Shown here piece by piece: positions 57,124 through 64,000 of a stretch of 64,000 nucleotides of DNA. Below the pieces are notes generated by a model. The model had not been told where the DNA came from, did not search any database, and saw nothing but the letters and a program-made list of their open reading frames with translations. The DNA lies in contig OZ024748.1 in assembly GCA_964016885.1 (NCBI GenBank), positions 56,854,001-56,918,000 of the forward strand, read 5' to 3'. The translations under genes and the position numbers were made by a program. The DNA comes from Eledone cirrhosa (Eukaryota). Numbering within the stretch: position 1 is the first letter of the stretch; every line of letters starts with the position of its first letter.

Positions 57124-57946
57124 AAATATATATATATATATATATATACAGATATATATATATATATATATACATATATATATACGCGTACTTATGTGAA
57201 TGAGTAAGAGAGTGTCTACTATAACTGTTATATCTTAATTCTAAATCCGGCAAAGTATCCAACTTAGATGAAATGACACTCTGCTCAATACGAACTAACG
57301 GCAAGTCTATTTGATCAATATATTTACCCAGCAAGCCGGATTAATCCCAGTCACTATTTTCTCTCAGTTGTCGTTAAAATCCCGAACAGCTGGATAAAAG
57401 GCTGGAATTTTTATAACGTTAATTATAACTTTCTTGCTTTCTTATTGAAATAAATTGATTTTCTAAAGCTACCGCGCGGCACCCATCAACATAAATAAAC
57501 AAGAATACATATACACACACATAGAATGACTCACACGAAACCACAAACATATACATATACTCACTCATACGTAGACAGTTATACACACGTAACCAAACAA
57601 CTTACACACACTTCAGAGAAATCAATAATGAATAAAATACCAGCCCATTCTTTCAGTTCAATTCGATTCATTTGTCATGTGAGGTTTAAGGAATAATAAT
57701 CTTTAATACATTTTAGTTAGTTTTTCTATCTTTCGCTAATGAAAGACCGCAACCCAAAGCTTCATTATTCTACACATATTGCTTGTAAGTATTTGGCGTA
57801 TATACTTGTCAACGTACGCATGTACGTTTGTGTGCTCTGTATGTATGCTTATATGCATGCGTGCATGTAAGTGTGTGTGTGTGTGTGTGTGTGTGAAGGT
57901 ATGTATGCATGTATGTGTGGCATGTTTTATGTGAGTGTGTCAATTG

Positions 57947-57983
<37 letters not shown>

Positions 57984-58019
57984 TAGAGATCAATGCATAT
58001 ATATGACTAAAAACATACA

Positions 58020-58064
<45 letters not shown>

Positions 58065-58184
58065 TGTGTGAGAGAGAGAGAGAGAAAGAGAGTGATTATG
58101 TGTGCATGTGTGTATATATGTGTATGTGTGTAATTAGAGATAGATATATAAACAGATTGAGGAATAAATTACTCATACACAGAA

Positions 58185-58215
<31 letters not shown>

Positions 58216-58330
58216 CATACATACATACATACATACATACATACATACATACATACATACAAATATATGTATATATATATACATGTATTCACAATTATAT
58301 ACCTAAGTATAAAGGTGGAAGTATAGCTCC

Positions 58331-58417
<87 letters not shown>

Positions 58418-58853
58418 CGTATGTATATCCTAGTTTATAACTATAAACACGTGCAACTATTTAACATTGTATGGCACATATCTAAATAAGTCGGTATATG
58501 TAAATATCCATGATTCTATTATGTATGGTAATATGTGTCCACAAACATGCGCGCGCATACTCTGTATCTATATATATGAATGTGTACAATTTAATGTCTT
58601 TATGCACTTACTTATGGAATTAAGCATAATTTGTATGCAAACGTAGGCATTGAGGAATAGACTGTGCAATATAATTTGTTCATGTGTATATATACATCCT
58701 ACTGATGTACACACACAGACACACACACACATATATATATACATACATACATATATACACATACATATAGATATATATGTATGTAAATTTATATACATAT
58801 ATGCACGTACGTACATATAGGTATATACATCTATGCATATAATATATATACAC

Positions 58854-58945
<92 letters not shown>

Positions 58946-58986
58946 ATGTACGTACATACATATATACATAGGTACGTAGATATAGG

Positions 58987-59049
<63 letters not shown>

Positions 59050-59538
59050 GTACATATTTATGTATGTACGTGTATATAAGTGTGTATTTATGTGTGTGTG
59101 TGTCTGTTTAAGCCTACAAACGTAGACATATTGAAGGTTAGCTCCACAATGTCAAATAAGTAATTGCTATGCAACAGGTTAAATAAATGCCTGACTGCTT
59201 AATCTTTCTAAAAATCTCCCATCATTCTTTGATTTACAGTAACTTCTAATTTGATTTGATAATCCTTTCTTAGCGTAGTATATCTCAAACGCTAGAGAAC
59301 TACAACAGAATTAGCGAAATATGACGAGCTATATAGAAAGAGATAAAGTATTGTGTATGTGTAAATATGTAACTACGAAGTATATATGCATCTCTCATAA
59401 ACACACACATTCAATCAGACACATATTCAATGGGACACACACATATATTTAGAGACAGATCCACACGTACACACACTCTCATGCACACATATACACACAA
59501 GCACACATGCATATGTAAGTATATGTATTTAACATAGT

Positions 59539-59570
<32 letters not shown>

Positions 59571-60143
59571 CATCAATCTATACACACATATACATACCTA
59601 TATATATGCATACAAACACACATACATACGTACACACACACACACATATATATTCATACATACATACTTACATCATTATATATGTATGTACATATATATA
59701 TATAGAAACGTTTATAAATACATTAGAAATACGCTAAGAAAGATCTATATTAATAATAAAATATATATTAATTCACTACAAACCGAGCCGTGTTTCGATT
59801 GCCAACTCAGTTTCATAAGTGTTATTTTATGTCTACGTTATTGTATTGACTTCAAGTCGAAACTTTCAGAGAGAATTATCCAGAAATAGATGGAGAAATG
59901 TTAACCAGCAAGATTTTGTATACGTAGCCCTCTCTCTCTCTCGCTTTCCTATGTGAATGCATAATCGAAGTTTAAGAAATAAATAGAAGAATAAATATGG
60001 TAAACTTGTAGTCAAATTGTATTCGTATTTATTACTCTAGATAGAGAAAGCAATGTAACACGATATTTGCATAAAGCCTTTCAAATGATGCTTTGTTTTT
60101 ATATCATTTATTAAAAAAATAAAATAACACTCATGCTCTAAAC

Positions 60144-60437
60144 CAGTCGTGAGCAACCTGCGGCCCGCTAAGCTTTCTGAATGGTTCGTCTAAGCCACCT
60201 AAGTGAAATCTTTCTGATTTTTTTACCCCAACTTTTCAGTCGTAATTTATCTGTCTATCATTTTTACGATCGAGGAAAACAACGTGTACGAATTCTGAAG
60301 AAAAGAATCTAAACAACCTGAGTTACCGCCCTTTGTTTTAATGATAGCACGAATGTAAATTAGCGCTTGCGGACCGTCTGATGATGAGCCATATCTCATG
60401 CGGCCCGCTTTTCGAAAAAGGTTGCCCATGCCTGCTG
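60144..60437. mobile_element. hAT (Charlie-like) MITE
   Basis: TIRs CAGTCGTGAGCAACCT / AGGTTGCCCATGCCTG; subterminal GCGGCCCGC at both ends; 8-bp TSD-like CTCTAAAC / CTCTAAAT. Confidence 0.8.
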
Positions 60438-60893
60438 CTCTAAATCAAATCTATAAGTGGTATAGTAGTGATTTGCAAAGCATTCCACTGAATATCTAAT
60501 TTTGTTTACTTGGGAGACGCAGACGCAGGAAGACTCATGTTTGCGCTGTGGGGCACTTAAAGAGAACGATTCCAACACTCATTCACATATTCGTGAACCA
60601 AATAGAGATGGAAAAACGAAGGCAATGAGATACATGTGTACACTTACATGTGTGTACTCGTTAAAACAATGACATATGTCGAAATTTCTCTGGATGAACC
60701 AGACGCAACTTCAACTAAAAGTATAGTCCTTTCGTAAATCACCGGATTGATGTCTACTGAGAAGAAAGTTAATAGATGCAAAAGGAAACATAAATATACC
60801 CGAAAATTTACCCGCAGACAATCAAAACAAACAAATGCACACACATACACCCACCCCCATATATATATATATATATATGTGTGTGTATTTCAG

Positions 60894-60948
<55 letters not shown>

Positions 60949-60953
<5 letters not shown>

Positions 60954-61176
60954 GAAGCGGTCTATCAGATTACAGACACACCCCATCAACTGACCAACAT
61001 CGTATCGGCAATATATAAACTGGAAAAGAAATATATATGTACTGTATATAAGAACAAAATAGAAATAAAATGAGTTTCGAGACTCTTGCATCTCTCCTCG
61101 CCACACATGGCTCAGATACACGTGAATATGCACACATTATCTGTACGTATCTATCTAGCTGTATATATATATTACA

Positions 61177-61268
<92 letters not shown>

Positions 61269-61513
61269 ATATATATATAATGTACATATGCATATATATA
61301 CAGCTAGAGAGATACGTACAGATAATGTGTGCATATTCACGTGTATCTGAGCCATGTGTGGCGAGGAGAGATGCAAGAGTCTCGAAACTCATTTTATTTT
61401 AATTTTGTTCTTATATACAGTACATATATATTTCGTTTCCAGTTTATATATTGCAGATACGATGTTGGTCAGTTGATGATGTGTGTCTGTAGTCTGATAG
61501 ACCGCTTCCACAT
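60949..61513. repeat. Long inverted repeat (about 220-bp arms) around a (TA)n/(TG)n spacer
   Basis: 60949-61170 versus about 61293-61513 reverse complement, few mismatches. The ORF track shows the identical peptide [16 protein letters not shown].. on both strands. Confidence 0.95.
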
Positions 61514-62296
61514 AGAACAGAGAATATAATAAAACACAATCATGGAAACAAAAGACGAACAAACAATCAACAAACAAACAAACATACAAACATAACACAT
61601 AAAATCAAATAAACAAACTCTTTCTATATACGCGAGAAGTAAACATTCACCAAATCACATCTTCACACTTTATTTTTTTATATATTCATTATTTTTTTTA
61701 TTTCTTTCAATTATTTATATTTAGTTTGTTTTTCATATTTATTAGTTGTATTTTTGTTGTTATTTAAAAAATTTTGTTTAATATTTATTTTTCATTTGTT
61801 GTTGTTTTGTTGTTTTTTGCTGTATTAACTTCTCTGTCCAAATTGTTAAACTGTTGCGCCATGATGGCAACTTGCGTTGAGCTTAAAACAAGTCCATGTT
61901 TTACAGATAGTTCTCTTCTATCTTCTCTTCTATCAATTCCCTCACAGTTCCATCTTTTATTTCCCTCACCACTGAACAAAATATATATAAAATAAATACC
62001 AGAAATTTAAATTAAGCAACAACAAATACAAATGTATCTGTGTATGGGTGGAATAGTGGAGAGGTGGGTAACATTTCTCTTATGTTAAATCCATTTTCCT
62101 AATGTACATTGTTTTTTTTTTATTTTGTTTATGGTGTTAGGTTATTTTTCTTTTTCAAATTAGTATTGCTGATTGGATAAAATACTTTTGGCTGTCGTCT
62201 GCTATCATTTTGTCGTGTATTCTATCATTCACAGAGATAAACACATACACACGTGCTTAATACACACACACACACACACATATATATATACATAGT

Positions 62297-62363
<67 letters not shown>

Positions 62364-62390
62364 ATATATACGTATGCATATATATATATG

Positions 62391-62466
<76 letters not shown>

Positions 62467-62550
62467 TATAAATATATATATACATATATATATATATAAA
62501 AATATATATATATATATATAAATATATATATACATATATATATATATAAA

Positions 62551-62717
<167 letters not shown>

Positions 62718-63296
62718 ATACTTTATATATATATAACCATTACACCATCATATCCACCCATACATATGTACACAAGCATAAAAACCCTAATAGAACACAC
62801 AAAAAAAAAAAAGAATCATTGTATAAGAAACAAACCAAAGCAAATAGATAAATGGTCAAACAGAAAAAAAGAAAGAAACTATCTGTTACTTTATTCTTTC
62901 CATTTAACTGCAATTGTTTCCCTTACGTCCATTAGTTTAGACAAATAAGCCATCTTTGATGTTTAAACATCAGATTCCTGTATGTTTTATTGATATACTA
63001 ACATTATAATTACCGCCTTCTGTACTTTCCCTCATTTTCTTTGTTATATTTTTGTCGTATTTGTTGTTGTTTTTTGGTGTGGGGGTTGTTTTTGTTGTTA
63101 GTTGTTTTTCGTTTTCAATTTTCATGCTATGTCATTGCTGTTATCATTACTGTTATTGTTGTAATTCGTTATATGTTTGTTAACTGGTTTTGTTGTTGCC
63201 GTGAGGGAGGATATTGTCGCTTTTGTTGCTGTTTTTGTGTTTTCCTCTCTCACCCTTTCTCTCTCTCTCTCTCTCTATCTCTTTCTCTCTCTCTCC

Positions 63297-63370
<74 letters not shown>

Positions 63371-63515
63371 TTATATACATACACACACATATATACATAC
63401 ATGCACATATATATATACATACATGCATACGTACATACATACATATATATATATATACTTACATACGTACATATATACATACGTACTTTCATACATACAT
63501 ACATACATACATACA

Positions 63516-63547
<32 letters not shown>

Positions 63548-64000
63548 CATATATATCAGCTCTGTTCTTGTTACTGTTTTAGATTAATTTTGGTTTTATA
63601 TTAGCCTTACATTTTCTCCTAGTTTCCTGATCTGATGCGATATTTGGCATTTCCATGGAAGGACTTATTCATGTTGTATATTTTACAGAGAATTTCACTT
63701 TGATTTTTTATTCAATTGTTATTCCTCATGTTATAACTAACTCCTTTCTTTGTTTTATCATTTGTTTGTTTTAGTAGTCGTTCTATCGTCTTGTTTTGTT
63801 TTTTATTTTATTTTATTCTATTTTATTCTATTTTATTTTCATTTTATTTTATTATATTTGGTCTGTGTTCAATTATTTCGTGTTGTTTTGTAGAGTTTGT
63901 TATAGTTGTTGTTGTTGATAGTGTTCTTGTTGTTGTTTTTGTTGTATTACTAGTGCTGCTGTTGTTGTTATTACGTCCACGTTGTTATAGTAATGCATGT

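Overview
AT-rich eukaryotic genomic DNA saturated with microsatellites ((TA)n, (TG)n, (GA)n, (CAT)n, (GTT)n), probably intronic or intergenic. The repeat content resembles a cephalopod (Octopus-like) genome; that species assignment is inference. Only one ORF is credible: an uninterrupted 1181-aa RTE-clade LINE (APE endonuclease + reverse transcriptase + three C-terminal C2H2 zinc fingers, 22868-26413). The other ORFs are simple-repeat or antisense artefacts. The window also holds about 14 copies or fragments of a tRNA-derived SINE, a second CORE-like SINE family, a mariner 3' fragment, a hAT-type MITE, SINE-derived minisatellites and a 200-N gap. The main hidden signal is a dense set of short elements sitting in or next to (TA)n tracts. 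Many are long near-perfect fold-back palindromes (arms about 60-220 bp), and several carry type I hammerhead ribozyme motifs with tiny self-complementary stem III. About 6-9 motifs from several unrelated families are present, including a palindrome with a hammerhead on each strand. This best fits Penelope-like element pLTR remnants or non-autonomous retrozyme-like derivatives. All folds and alignments were done by eye, and no activity has been tested.
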